From: Telmatocola sphagniphila
GTDB taxonomy: Bacteria > Planctomycetota > Planctomycetia > Gemmatales > Gemmataceae
DNA length: 32,000 nt
Assembly (NCBI RefSeq): GCF_018398935.1
Contig: NZ_CP074694.1
Location: 1,110,001-1,142,000, forward strand
Direction of reading: 5' to 3'
Made by a program: the position numbers and the translations under genes. Each line of letters opens with the position of its first letter. Positions within the stretch are counted from its first letter, which is position 1. Under the pieces are notes generated by a model that saw only the letters and a list, made by a program, of their open reading frames with translations, was not told where the DNA came from and searched no databases. This document shows positions 8,350 through 17,050 of this stretch, in pieces.

Positions 8350-9624
8350 TTAGGGCAGGGTCGGCAGAACATTGGGTCGACTGGTCGGCGTAGCAGGAAT
8401 GCTAGGCGTCGTAGTCGTCGGTGCGGGAATCGCCGGGATCGACGGAACCGTTGGCGTTATAGGAGCCGCACTGATGTCTGGTGTCTTGGGAAGAACCAGA
8501 GGAGGAACCGTGTTGTTCGTGGTCGCACTTGGAGCCGGTGCCGAGATCGGAGGAACCGTAATGTTCGTTCCAGGTGTGAAGCCTAAACCATTCGAACTCG
8601 GCATCATCCGGCTCATCGGAGGAGCCGCGGGTGCCGGACCCCCGGGACCACCCATATAAGGATTGGGAGCGTCCATGGCCGGGGTGAACGGAGCCTGCAG
8701 GTCGATGTTCCCCACTCGAATCACGAGCAGAATCGTACCGCGTTTCTGAGCTTCGACAATCGGATCAGCCCCGGGTTCCAGTCGAGAAGACACCACTTCG
8801 GAAGGACCAGCTACGGTGCTGATATCCTGGAACTGCGGATCGGGCAGGTAGATTACCTTGACCAGGAAGTTTCCAGAAGCCACCTGTGCGAAGTCTTCAT
8901 CCGAGAACGAGACTGGAACCGAGCTGTGGGCCAGGTAAGTCGCCGTCTTCGGCGTGGCCGGATAAACTTCCAGCGTCGGGAACAGAGCCAGCGTCGGCTG
9001 GTTCTGGATACCCCAGATCTTCAGACGGTAGATGCCACCCTGAAGGAAGTTGTAGCGAGCCGGAGACTGAAGCAGTGGATTCTCGGGCAGACCGTTGGGG
9101 CCGTACCAGGAGATGTTCATGCCAGCCGGTTCTGCAAAGCGAACCGAGGTGCGGGCATTGATCGGCATCTGCGGACCACCCGCGGGCAGTGCACCGATAG
9201 CAGCGACTGCACCGGCAGGTCCCATACCGGGAACCGGTACGATGCCGCTATGCATCGGGTGGAATCGGGGCAGATCCGAGCCGAATCCGCCACCACCCGG
9301 GTTGCCGCCTATATAGCCGCCACCGGAACCGTTACCGCAAGTGGTGCATCCACCACCGCTGGTATCACGGAAAAGTCCGGCTTGTTGAACGCCGCCGTAG
9401 TTGCCGGCATCCAGATAACTGGTTTGAACGACTTTAGGAGTCGTCAATTGTGCGGTTCCGGTGTAGCCAACCGGAACGGGTGTACCCATGGGACCTTGTA
9501 CGTGTGCAAGTTCCTGTCGAGCGTAGTTCGCTTGGCCAAAGGTGCTACCCGGCCCGGATTTTTCCGGCGTCATGCAGCCACTAAGGCCGGCCAACAGCAT
9601 GAACGCTCCTGCGGTTCGCTTCAT
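8350..9624 (-). CDS. Lipoprotein of unknown function with Gly-rich region, uncharacterised conserved domain and Pro/Thr-rich C-terminal tail
   Basis: I chose the ATG at 9624 (MKRTAGAFMLLAGLSGC, lipobox LSGC), which is preceded by GGGAGAAGGAAAGT. The 9711 start in the ORF track would add 29 non-signal residues. The tail consists of repeated PSIPA/TP units. Confidence 0.8.
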   Translation of the reverse strand: MKRTAGAFMLLAGLSGCMTPEKSGPGSTFGQANYARQELAHVQGPMGTPVPVGYTGTAQLTTPKVVQTSYLDAGNYGGVQQAGLFRDTSGGGCTTCGNGSGGGYIGGNPGGGGFGSDLPRFHPMHSGIVPVPGMGPAGAVAAIGALPAGGPQMPINARTSVRFAEPAGMNISWYGPNGLPENPLLQSPARYNFLQGGIYRLKIWGIQNQPTLALFPTLEVYPATPKTATYLAHSSVPVSFSDEDFAQVASGNFLVKVIYLPDPQFQDISTVAGPSEVVSSRLEPGADPIVEAQKRGTILLVIRVGNIDLQAPFTPAMDAPNPYMGGPGGPAPAAPPMSRMMPSSNGLGFTPGTNITVPPISAPAPSATTNNTVPPLVLPKTPDISAAPITPTVPSIPAIPAPTTTTPSIPATPTSRPNVLPTLP

Positions 9625-9958
9625 ACTTTCCTTCTCCCGGTCGTTGCGCCCGTGGCTTTTCGCCGGCGGTTGCCGATGGTTCCTCGCGTTGGAGGAACCG
9701 ATACATTCCATACGTCACTCCTGTATTCGTCTTTCCGACCGACTGAACTTTGAAGAAAAATCGGCAAGGCACGCTTATTCCGCAAACTCAACAGATTCGA
9801 TAGCGAACAGTTACCCCGCCAGGAGAGCTTTAAACGAAATAATCCATCCAAATAGCCTATCTTGTCCGGTAATCGAATTCCCGTTAGATACTGGCGGCTC
9901 ACTATTCCTTCAGGTAGACTGGTAAAAGCTGATAAATTTCCCACCCGGGAGTGTTCCG

Positions 9959-11800
9959 ATGCGAAAAATGGCCGCCCTGATCTTCCTCATTTTCTCGATT
10001 GCGCTCAATCAATCGGGAGACCTGCTCAATGCTCGGCAAGCCGCGGACAAGAAAGAGGAGCCTAAGAAGAAAGAGGAACCGGGTAAAGAGGCTAAGAAGG
10101 AGGCCCCCAAGGAGGCTCAAAAAACCGCTCCCACTCGTCCCATACTTCCGGGCTTGGGCTTATTTGGCGGAGGAAATAAAGCACCCGCCGTGGAGCCTTT
10201 CAATCAAGAAAAGGCGGATATTGAACTTCTGAAATCGGTACAGGTGGAGAATAACGGTCCGGCCCTTCTCGATCTGATCCGAAAACGCACGTTGGATGTC
10301 GATTCCAGAAATCGGCTCCAGAATCTGATTGTGAATTTGGGTGATGAATCCTTCGAGGTTCGCGAACAAGCTTCGGATGATATCGAGAAGTTTGGGCCGA
10401 TCGCAGTTCCTGTAATTAAGCAGAAAGAGAGAACGGGAGAACCGGAGGTTGTCCGACGCTGTATGCGACTCCTGGAAAAGATCGACAAGGTGCCCACGAC
10501 CGGAGTCATCGCCGCGGCCTGTCGACTCTTGGCCAAGCACAAGACCGAGGGGATACCCGCCGTATTGTTGGCCTATGTTCCTTTATCCGACGAGGATAGT
10601 CTGACTACCGAGATTCAAAACACACTTCAATCTGTGCATGCGAAAGGGGATCAGCCCGATCCGGTTTTGTGGCAAGCCACGAGTTCGAAGGATCCGGTGA
10701 TTCGCGGTATGGTTCTGGAGATATTCGCTCGAAGTCCTTCAGCGCAATTGCGCTCCAAAGCTCAGGAAATCGCTTCCAAAGACACGGATCTCGATATCCA
10801 ACTTAGGACCTATGTGGCCCTGATTCAAACGGGCAAGGATAAAGCGCTGGTACCGGCTATGATTCGCCTCATGGGGGAAGTCCCCATGGATAAAGGCTGG
10901 CGAGCCGAGGAAATGCTTTGTCGTCTGGCGGGGGATAAAGCACCGGCCGTGGCCTTGGGAACTGATGAAGCAAGCCGCAAGAAAGCGCGAGACGCCTGGG
11001 ACGCCTGGTGGAAGCAGAACGGTAAAGACGTAAATCTTGCAATTCTGGATCAGGTGGAAAGGCTGTTAGGTTACACGTTGAGTGTACAACTCGATCAAAA
11101 CCAGTTCATGGGACGTGTGATCGAGTATGGACCGGATGGCAAGGAACGCTGGAGCATCAAAAATCTGAACTATCCCACTGATGCGATCATCATGCCCGGA
11201 GAAAAAGTCCTCATCGCAGAGCAGAACACCGCTTCGGTTTCACTAAGGGACATCAAGACAGGTAAGGTGGAGTGGACGAAGTCCTATTATTCTCCCATAT
11301 CTCTGCAGCGTCTGAATAATGGTCACATTGTCATCGGCTGCAGAAATCAGATCGTCGAATTGGATAACAACCGCAATCAGATCTTTACATTCGATCGCAG
11401 CAATTTCCACGACGTGGCCGCGGCCGCGAAATTGCCGAACGGAAATTACGTTTACCTTTCGACGCAAATGGGAAACCTTCAGATCATCGATAAGAACGGT
11501 AAAGGAGTAAAGACGATTCAAACTGGGCCTGTCAATTATTCTGCGAGCTTGCAGTTGCTGCCGAATAATCACATTCTGATCACGCAACGGGCGGGAATAG
11601 TGGAGTTCGATCTGGAATCCGGCAAAAGCGTTAAGACGATTCCGGCTTCCAATCCCTTCTCGGCTTTCCGTTTACCCTCTGGAAACACGCTGGTGGCTTT
11701 CAGTAACAACCAGAAAATTTCAGAACTCGATCGCGAGGGTAAAGAGACCTGGAAAGTATCCACGGATAACTTCCGACCTTTGAGAGTGAGCAAACGATAG
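9959..11800 (+). CDS. Exported protein: Lys/Glu-rich linker, HEAT/alpha-solenoid repeats, C-terminal PQQ-like beta-propeller
   Basis: 613-aa ORF. Signal-like N-terminus is MRKMAALIFLIFSIAL. A KKEEPKKKEEPGKEAKKEAPKEAQK stretch follows. HEAT-like units such as GDESFEVREQASDDIEKFGPIAVPVI are present. The C-terminal half has repeated blade-like units (GRVIEYGPDGKERW, DIKTGKVEW, LDREGKETW). Confidence 0.8.
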   Translation: MRKMAALIFLIFSIALNQSGDLLNARQAADKKEEPKKKEEPGKEAKKEAPKEAQKTAPTRPILPGLGLFGGGNKAPAVEPFNQEKADIELLKSVQVENNGPALLDLIRKRTLDVDSRNRLQNLIVNLGDESFEVREQASDDIEKFGPIAVPVIKQKERTGEPEVVRRCMRLLEKIDKVPTTGVIAAACRLLAKHKTEGIPAVLLAYVPLSDEDSLTTEIQNTLQSVHAKGDQPDPVLWQATSSKDPVIRGMVLEIFARSPSAQLRSKAQEIASKDTDLDIQLRTYVALIQTGKDKALVPAMIRLMGEVPMDKGWRAEEMLCRLAGDKAPAVALGTDEASRKKARDAWDAWWKQNGKDVNLAILDQVERLLGYTLSVQLDQNQFMGRVIEYGPDGKERWSIKNLNYPTDAIIMPGEKVLIAEQNTASVSLRDIKTGKVEWTKSYYSPISLQRLNNGHIVIGCRNQIVELDNNRNQIFTFDRSNFHDVAAAAKLPNGNYVYLSTQMGNLQIIDKNGKGVKTIQTGPVNYSASLQLLPNNHILITQRAGIVEFDLESGKSVKTIPASNPFSAFRLPSGNTLVAFSNNQKISELDREGKETWKVSTDNFRPLRVSKR

Positions 11801-11808
11801 TCTCTGAA

Positions 11809-11832
11809 CGCGGGGGCAAGAGTCCCCCCCGC
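11809..11832 (+). terminator. Candidate terminator hairpin after the 9959..11800 gene
   Basis: 8-bp G+C-rich stem CGCGGGGG / CCCCCGCG with an 8-nt loop, 9 nt after the stop codon. The tail GTGTTACGAAATTTGTTT is only moderately T-rich. Confidence 0.4.
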
Positions 11833-11976
11833 GGTGTTACGAAATTTGTTTCGAGGAATTCGACAAGCAGTCGCCCTCCGCCTTTTTCCTGATCCGGCTG
11901 TAATTCGCGTTCCCCAGGCTATAATACTTTTACCTGCCTGATATTTCTCTGTTCTGTTCCCTCCTCGGATTCTCTG

Positions 11977-14529
11977 ATGAAATACACTCCATCATTTTTC
12001 GGATCCGCTTGCGTAATCCTTCTGTCGAATCTGTCGGTAAATGCTCAGGCGAAAACCGATCCCGACCATGCCGCCAAAATGCAGGCGGGGCTGGAAATAT
12101 TCAAATCGAATATCCGCCCCATGTTCCTGAAGAACTGTCTGGAGTGCCACGGCGGGAAATCGACGAAAGCCGATGTCGATCTCAGCACGCGCGAGGCACT
12201 CGTTAAATCTGAGATGCTGGGAAAGTCTGGCGAAAGTAGCTCGCTCTACAAAGTCGTAGCCCACCTGGAAGAACCCTACATGCCGCATAAGGCCGCTAAG
12301 TTGCCGGATGCGGAAATAGCTCTACTGAAAAAATGGATCGATCTTGGTGCCCCTTACGACAAGCCTCTTATCGACGGCAAACAACCGGGTAAGAAGGGAA
12401 TCGTCGTTACCGATTCGGATCGCAATTATTGGGCGTTTCGCAAGCTCCAAACGCCGGCCGTACCCAGCGTGAAAGAGGCCAGCTGGTTGAAAAACCCAAT
12501 CGATTCCTTCCTCCTGAGTGCCATGGAACAACATGGCCTCAAGCCGCTTGCGGCTATCGACCGCCGAGGCTTAATTCGACGGGTTTATTTCGATTTGATT
12601 GGTTTGCCGCCCGAGCCTCAAGAAGTCCAGGCCTTCGTCGATGCGAAAGATTTTGCCTCGGCCTATCAAGGAATTGTTGAGAAGCTACTCAATAGCCCGC
12701 AATATGGCGAGCGTTGGGCCCGGCATTGGCTTGATGTCGCTCGCTATGGGGAAAGCCATGGATTCGAGCACGATTACGATCGGCCGTATGCGTTCCACTA
12801 TCGCGATTTCGCGATCAAGGCTCTCAACCAGGACATGCCCTACGATCAGTTTTTACGCTGGCAACTTGCCGGAGATGAGTTCGCTCCCCAAGATCCACTC
12901 GCACTGGCGGCTACGGGTTTTCTCGCCGCAGGGGTTTATCCCACACAGATCACAAATCGGGAAGCCGAGCGAGTTCGCTATGATGCGATGGACGATATGC
13001 TCTCCACGACCGGGAGCGCGATGCTTGGTTTAACAATTGGTTGTGCCCGCTGCCACGATCACAAATACGATCCTATTCCCAGTGCCGACTATTATCACCT
13101 GCTCTCTGCCTTCACCACTACCGTCCGAGCCGAAATCGATTGGGATTTTGGAACGGATGAAGAAAAGAAGGCCATGGCGGATTTTGAAACGCGAATGAAA
13201 GCTTTGGTTGCCGCTCGAACAAAGTACGAGACCGAGGAGGTCTCTAAAAAACTCCCAGCCTGGATAAAAGAACACGTGGAGAAAGGCGATGCCAAAACTT
13301 TATTGAGCAAGGCCGGGCCGGAATTTAAGTTGGAAGGGATCGCCGCCAAATTCCCGAAGGAAGTCAGAGGAGCGATCCCGAAATTAACCAAACCGGAGGA
13401 GCAAAGTATCCTCCAGTGGTTGAAAAGTCAGGATACTAGATGGCAGCAGTTAAATAGCGAAGCGAACTCCTTTCAGAAGAAAAAACCGAAGGAAACCCGC
13501 AGTAAAATGCAGATCTGTTCGGAAGGCGTGCCGCCCATGCGACATCATACCGCCACAGGAGACATTCCGGACTTCTACCCCAAGACTTATCTCCTCGCTC
13601 GAGGGGATGTCGATCAGAAAACTCAGGAAATGGACTTGGGCGTGCTGCAGGTACTTTCCAAAAATGGTGAGGTCGTCTCCCCCAGTAAACCGCAGAATGC
13701 TAAAACCTCTTTCAAGCGGGCCGGACTGGCGAACTGGCTGACGAATCCTCAGAATGGTGCCGGAAATCTGGCTGCCCGGGTGATGGTCAATCGCGTCTGG
13801 CATTACCATTTTGGCCGGGGTCTGGTCGCCACGATCAACGATTTCGGGATTCAAGGGGAAAAGCCCAGTCATCCGGAACTGCTTGAATGGCTGGCAGACG
13901 ACTTCATCCAGCACGGCTGGCAAATCAAACGATTACACAAAATGATTGTGCTCAGTCACGCGTACCAGATTGGGAACACCGGGCACGAGGCGAATGCAAA
14001 AATCGATCCCGAGAATAAGTACCTTTCGTATCATCCTCCGAGAAGAATGGAAGCCGAGATCATCCGGGATAATCTCCTCGCGGTCAGCGGCCAACTCGAC
14101 AGGACGATGTTCGGTCCCGGAACACTGGATGAGGGGATGAAGCGAAGGAGTATTTATTTTCAAATCAAGCGTTCGCGGTTGATACCGATGCTTCAGGTCT
14201 TTGATTGGCCGGATACTCTGACCAGTGGTGGGGTTCGTCCCACGACGGTGATTGCACCACAAGCACTGGTGTTTTTGAACAATCCTCACGTCCGAAACTA
14301 TGCGGCGGCCTTTGGACAGAAATTGAAGAGCACGGCCCAGGAAGATACCGAACTCGCCGTACAACTCGCCTATAAGATCGCCTTTAGCCGCTTACCTTCG
14401 GCTGAGGAACAGAAAGCGGGGGCCGCTTTTCTGAATTCGGCTCAAGGTGATGGCTCGAAATTGGATCGAGCCCTGACCGATTACGCTTTGGTTCTGATGA
14501 GCCTCAACGAATTTATCTTTGTGAATTGA
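11977..14529 (+). CDS. PSCyt1 (planctomycete cytochrome c) / DUF1549 / DUF1553 domain protein
   Basis: 850-aa ORF with a signal peptide. Heme-binding CLECHGG sits in the PSCyt1 context. DUF1549 block: NPIDSFLL...RRVYFDLIGLPPEPQEVQAFV...WARHWLDVARYGES. DUF1553 block: GCARCHDHKYDPIPSADYY. Confidence 0.95.
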   Translation: MKYTPSFFGSACVILLSNLSVNAQAKTDPDHAAKMQAGLEIFKSNIRPMFLKNCLECHGGKSTKADVDLSTREALVKSEMLGKSGESSSLYKVVAHLEEPYMPHKAAKLPDAEIALLKKWIDLGAPYDKPLIDGKQPGKKGIVVTDSDRNYWAFRKLQTPAVPSVKEASWLKNPIDSFLLSAMEQHGLKPLAAIDRRGLIRRVYFDLIGLPPEPQEVQAFVDAKDFASAYQGIVEKLLNSPQYGERWARHWLDVARYGESHGFEHDYDRPYAFHYRDFAIKALNQDMPYDQFLRWQLAGDEFAPQDPLALAATGFLAAGVYPTQITNREAERVRYDAMDDMLSTTGSAMLGLTIGCARCHDHKYDPIPSADYYHLLSAFTTTVRAEIDWDFGTDEEKKAMADFETRMKALVAARTKYETEEVSKKLPAWIKEHVEKGDAKTLLSKAGPEFKLEGIAAKFPKEVRGAIPKLTKPEEQSILQWLKSQDTRWQQLNSEANSFQKKKPKETRSKMQICSEGVPPMRHHTATGDIPDFYPKTYLLARGDVDQKTQEMDLGVLQVLSKNGEVVSPSKPQNAKTSFKRAGLANWLTNPQNGAGNLAARVMVNRVWHYHFGRGLVATINDFGIQGEKPSHPELLEWLADDFIQHGWQIKRLHKMIVLSHAYQIGNTGHEANAKIDPENKYLSYHPPRRMEAEIIRDNLLAVSGQLDRTMFGPGTLDEGMKRRSIYFQIKRSRLIPMLQVFDWPDTLTSGGVRPTTVIAPQALVFLNNPHVRNYAAAFGQKLKSTAQEDTELAVQLAYKIAFSRLPSAEEQKAGAAFLNSAQGDGSKLDRALTDYALVLMSLNEFIFVN

Positions 14530-14586
14530 GCTTGGACACTCGGAAAGTCAAGGCGAACTCGCTACGAGTAGGCCAGAGGAAATATC

Positions 14587-16023
14587 ATGCAGAATAATTT
14601 CAGCTTTTCCCGCCGTGAACTCCTGGCTCGATGCGGCGGAGGTTTGGGGTCCATCGCCCTGGCTTCCCTGCTCAATGACCAGGGCTTGTTGGCCGAAGAG
14701 AAATCACTCAATCCACTCGCTCCGAAGAAACCGCATTTTCAGGCGAAGGCCAAGGCAGTCATTTGGATCTTCATCAACGGCGGGCCCAGTCAGGTCGATA
14801 CCTGGGATTACAAGCCCGAACTCGTTAAAAGAGATGGCCAGCAACTGCCCGGATTCGACAAATCGACCGGCTTCTTTGTGAACGATGTCGGACCGTTAAT
14901 GAAATCGCCGTTTGAATTCAAACAGTACGGCCAGTGCGGCAAATATATCTCCAGTATTTTCCCGAACCTTTCGAAGCACGTCGACAAGATGGCCTTTATT
15001 CATTCGCTCTGGTCCGAGTCGAATAATCACAGTCCTGCTTTGTTCATGATGAATACCGGGATTCCCCGGATGGGAGCCCCTTCGGTAGGATCCTGGGTGA
15101 CCTACGGCTTGGGTTCGGAAAACGAAAATCTGCCCGGCTTCGTGGTCATGTCCGATCCCAAGGGGCGCGGGCTTCCCAAAGGGCATTCTCTCAACTGGAC
15201 GAGCGGTTTTCTGCCTGGGGCCTATCAGGGGACCTGGCTGAAACCTTCGGGAGATCCTATCGAAAACATGCACCGTGCCGGCGGAGTTTCAGATAGCGAT
15301 CAGCAGTCGCAAATTGCGCTGATGGAAAAACTGAACAAAATTCAAATCGATCAGATGGGTGCGGATCCGCAAATGGAAGCTCGCATCAAGAGCTTCGAGT
15401 TGGCCTATCGCATGCAGTCGGCTGCCCCGGAGGCATTGGATTTCGCAAAAGAAACCAAAGCCACGCAGGAGCTCTACGGTATTGGCCGTCCGGAATGCGA
15501 TCACGTTGCCAAGCAATGTTTGATTGCCCGACGGTTGGTGGAAAGAGGGGTTCGCTTCGTTCAGATATATTCCGGCGGCATGGAAAATGAACGCAGCTGG
15601 GATGGCCATATCGACATTAAAGGAAACCATACGCAGTTTGCGGGAGAAAGCGATCAACCGGTGGCCGCCCTTCTTACCGATCTGCAGCAAAAAGGCCTTT
15701 TGGACTCCACCTTAGTTATCTGGGCAGGGGAATTCGGACGTTTACCCATCTCACAGAAAGGGGCACGACCCGGCCGCGATCACAATCCCAACTGCAACAC
15801 CGCCTGGATGGCGGGGGGCGGAGTTAAAGGTGGAACCAGCTACGGCCAGTCGGACGATGTTGGCTTTAAAGCCGCGATCGACAGGGCCGATCTCCACGAT
15901 TTTCACGCCACGATCCTTCACCTGCTCGGTTTGAACCACGAAAAATTGACTTACTTTACAAATGGCCGAAGATATCGGCTGACGGATGTCAAAGGTAAAG
16001 TGATTCAACCGATTATAGCCTAG
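14587..16023 (+). CDS. DUF1501 domain protein (sulfatase-fold, Tat-exported)
   Basis: 478-aa ORF. Twin-arginine signal is SRRELLARCGGGLGSIALASLL. DUF1501 blocks are present: WIFINGGPSQVDTWDYKP, WAGEFGRLP, GRDHNPNCNTAWMAGGG. Confidence 0.95.
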   Translation: MQNNFSFSRRELLARCGGGLGSIALASLLNDQGLLAEEKSLNPLAPKKPHFQAKAKAVIWIFINGGPSQVDTWDYKPELVKRDGQQLPGFDKSTGFFVNDVGPLMKSPFEFKQYGQCGKYISSIFPNLSKHVDKMAFIHSLWSESNNHSPALFMMNTGIPRMGAPSVGSWVTYGLGSENENLPGFVVMSDPKGRGLPKGHSLNWTSGFLPGAYQGTWLKPSGDPIENMHRAGGVSDSDQQSQIALMEKLNKIQIDQMGADPQMEARIKSFELAYRMQSAAPEALDFAKETKATQELYGIGRPECDHVAKQCLIARRLVERGVRFVQIYSGGMENERSWDGHIDIKGNHTQFAGESDQPVAALLTDLQQKGLLDSTLVIWAGEFGRLPISQKGARPGRDHNPNCNTAWMAGGGVKGGTSYGQSDDVGFKAAIDRADLHDFHATILHLLGLNHEKLTYFTNGRRYRLTDVKGKVIQPIIA

Positions 16024-16036
16024 CCAGGATAAGACG

Positions 16037-17050
16037 ATGAAAGCCTACGAACTTCAAGCATTCGAGAAACAGTATCGATTGGTGTTCAGCGAACGCCCGA
16101 GTAAACCACTTAAAGAGGACGAAATCCGAGTCCGCGTCAAAGCCTGCTCGCTCAACTATCGGGATCTGGTAAATCAGAAAAATCTCGCCGGTCGGAAAGT
16201 GGATGGCCGTATTCCCCTTTCCGATGGGGCCGGAGAAGTGGTGGAAATTGGTGCCACGGTTACCCGCTTCAAGCTGGGGGAACGCGTGGCGGGCTGCTTT
16301 TTCCCCAAATGGATTGACGGCCCATTTCTGATGAGCAATCATCAAAACGACCTGGGCGGTACAATCGATGGCATGCTGGCGGAAGAAGTCATCGGATCTG
16401 AACAGGGCTTCGTTTCTATCCCGAAAAATCTCACTTACGAAGAAGCCGCTTGTCTTCCTTGTGCCGGCTTAACGGCTTGGTACGCTCTGACAGCGCGCGG
16501 TAATTACCAGTCAGGTCAGAGCATACTTGTTCTGGGGACTGGAGGCGTTTCCATTTTCGGCCTCCAATTCGGTGTGGCACTCGGTGCAAAAGTCCTCGTG
16601 ACTTCGAGTAGCGATGCCAAACTGGAACGTACCCGAACCATGGGAGCATCTGCCACGGTGAATTACAAACTGACTCCTGCCTGGGAGAAAGAAATTTTTC
16701 AGCTCACGGAGAAAAGAGGGGTCGATCACATTTTGGAAGTCGGCGGACCGGGTACGCTCGAGAAATCCATCGCCTGTTTAGCGGCCAATGGCACGATTGC
16801 CCTGATAGGAGTCCTAACCGGTTTTGGCTCTCCAAACACCAGTCTATTTCCGTTGGTTGCTAAAAATGCCCGGTTGAACGGCATCTATGTCGGATCGCGA
16901 GTGGAGTTTGAAAAAATGAATGCTTTTATCGAAGCCCGGAATATTCATCCGATTATCGATAAAGTGTTCGCGTTTTCCCAGGCGGAAGAGGCCTATCGCT
17001 ATCTGGAAAGCGCCAGTCACTTTGGCAAAGTGGTGATCAAGATGGATTAG
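16037..17050 (+). CDS. Zinc-type alcohol dehydrogenase / NADPH:quinone oxidoreductase family protein (MDR superfamily)
   Basis: 337-aa ORF. MDR pattern RVKACSLNYRDL is present, with Rossmann motif VLGTGGVSIFGLQFGVALGAKV and C-terminal HFGKVVI. The start is 13 nt after the DUF1501 stop. Confidence 0.9.
   Translation: MKAYELQAFEKQYRLVFSERPSKPLKEDEIRVRVKACSLNYRDLVNQKNLAGRKVDGRIPLSDGAGEVVEIGATVTRFKLGERVAGCFFPKWIDGPFLMSNHQNDLGGTIDGMLAEEVIGSEQGFVSIPKNLTYEEAACLPCAGLTAWYALTARGNYQSGQSILVLGTGGVSIFGLQFGVALGAKVLVTSSSDAKLERTRTMGASATVNYKLTPAWEKEIFQLTEKRGVDHILEVGGPGTLEKSIACLAANGTIALIGVLTGFGSPNTSLFPLVAKNARLNGIYVGSRVEFEKMNAFIEARNIHPIIDKVFAFSQAEEAYRYLESASHFGKVVIKMD

Noticed and set aside
9678-9699. 8-bp hairpin GGTTCCTC / GAGGAACC in the region upstream of the lipoprotein gene, possibly a leader element.
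   Set aside because: It is a single short stem with no flanking U-tract and no conserved motif that I can recognise. It would lie inside the CDS if the 9711 start were real. That is too little evidence for a regulatory call.
8926-9753. 275-aa plus-strand ORF, together with 8372..8659 and 9095..9316, lying opposite the Gly/Pro-rich lipoprotein gene.
   Set aside because: It is fully antisense to a gene with a lipoprotein signal, a strong ribosome-binding site and a domain paralogous to its neighbour. Its translation is Arg/Gly/Thr-rich low complexity, as expected for a shadow frame of GC-rich repetitive coding DNA.
10048-10122. Reiterated AAGAAAGAGGAGCC / AAGAAAGAGGAACC / AAGAGGCTAAGAAGGAGGC units that look like a tandem repeat.
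   Set aside because: They are in frame within the 9959..11800 CDS and encode a KKEEP/KEAKKEAP charged linker. There is no repeat-spacer periodicity, so this is neither a CRISPR array nor a non-coding repeat.
17037-17050. 14-nt overlap of the convergent 3' ends of the MDR oxidoreductase and tatD.
   Set aside because: Short convergent overlaps are common in compact genomes. No hairpin or regulatory element is visible in the overlap.
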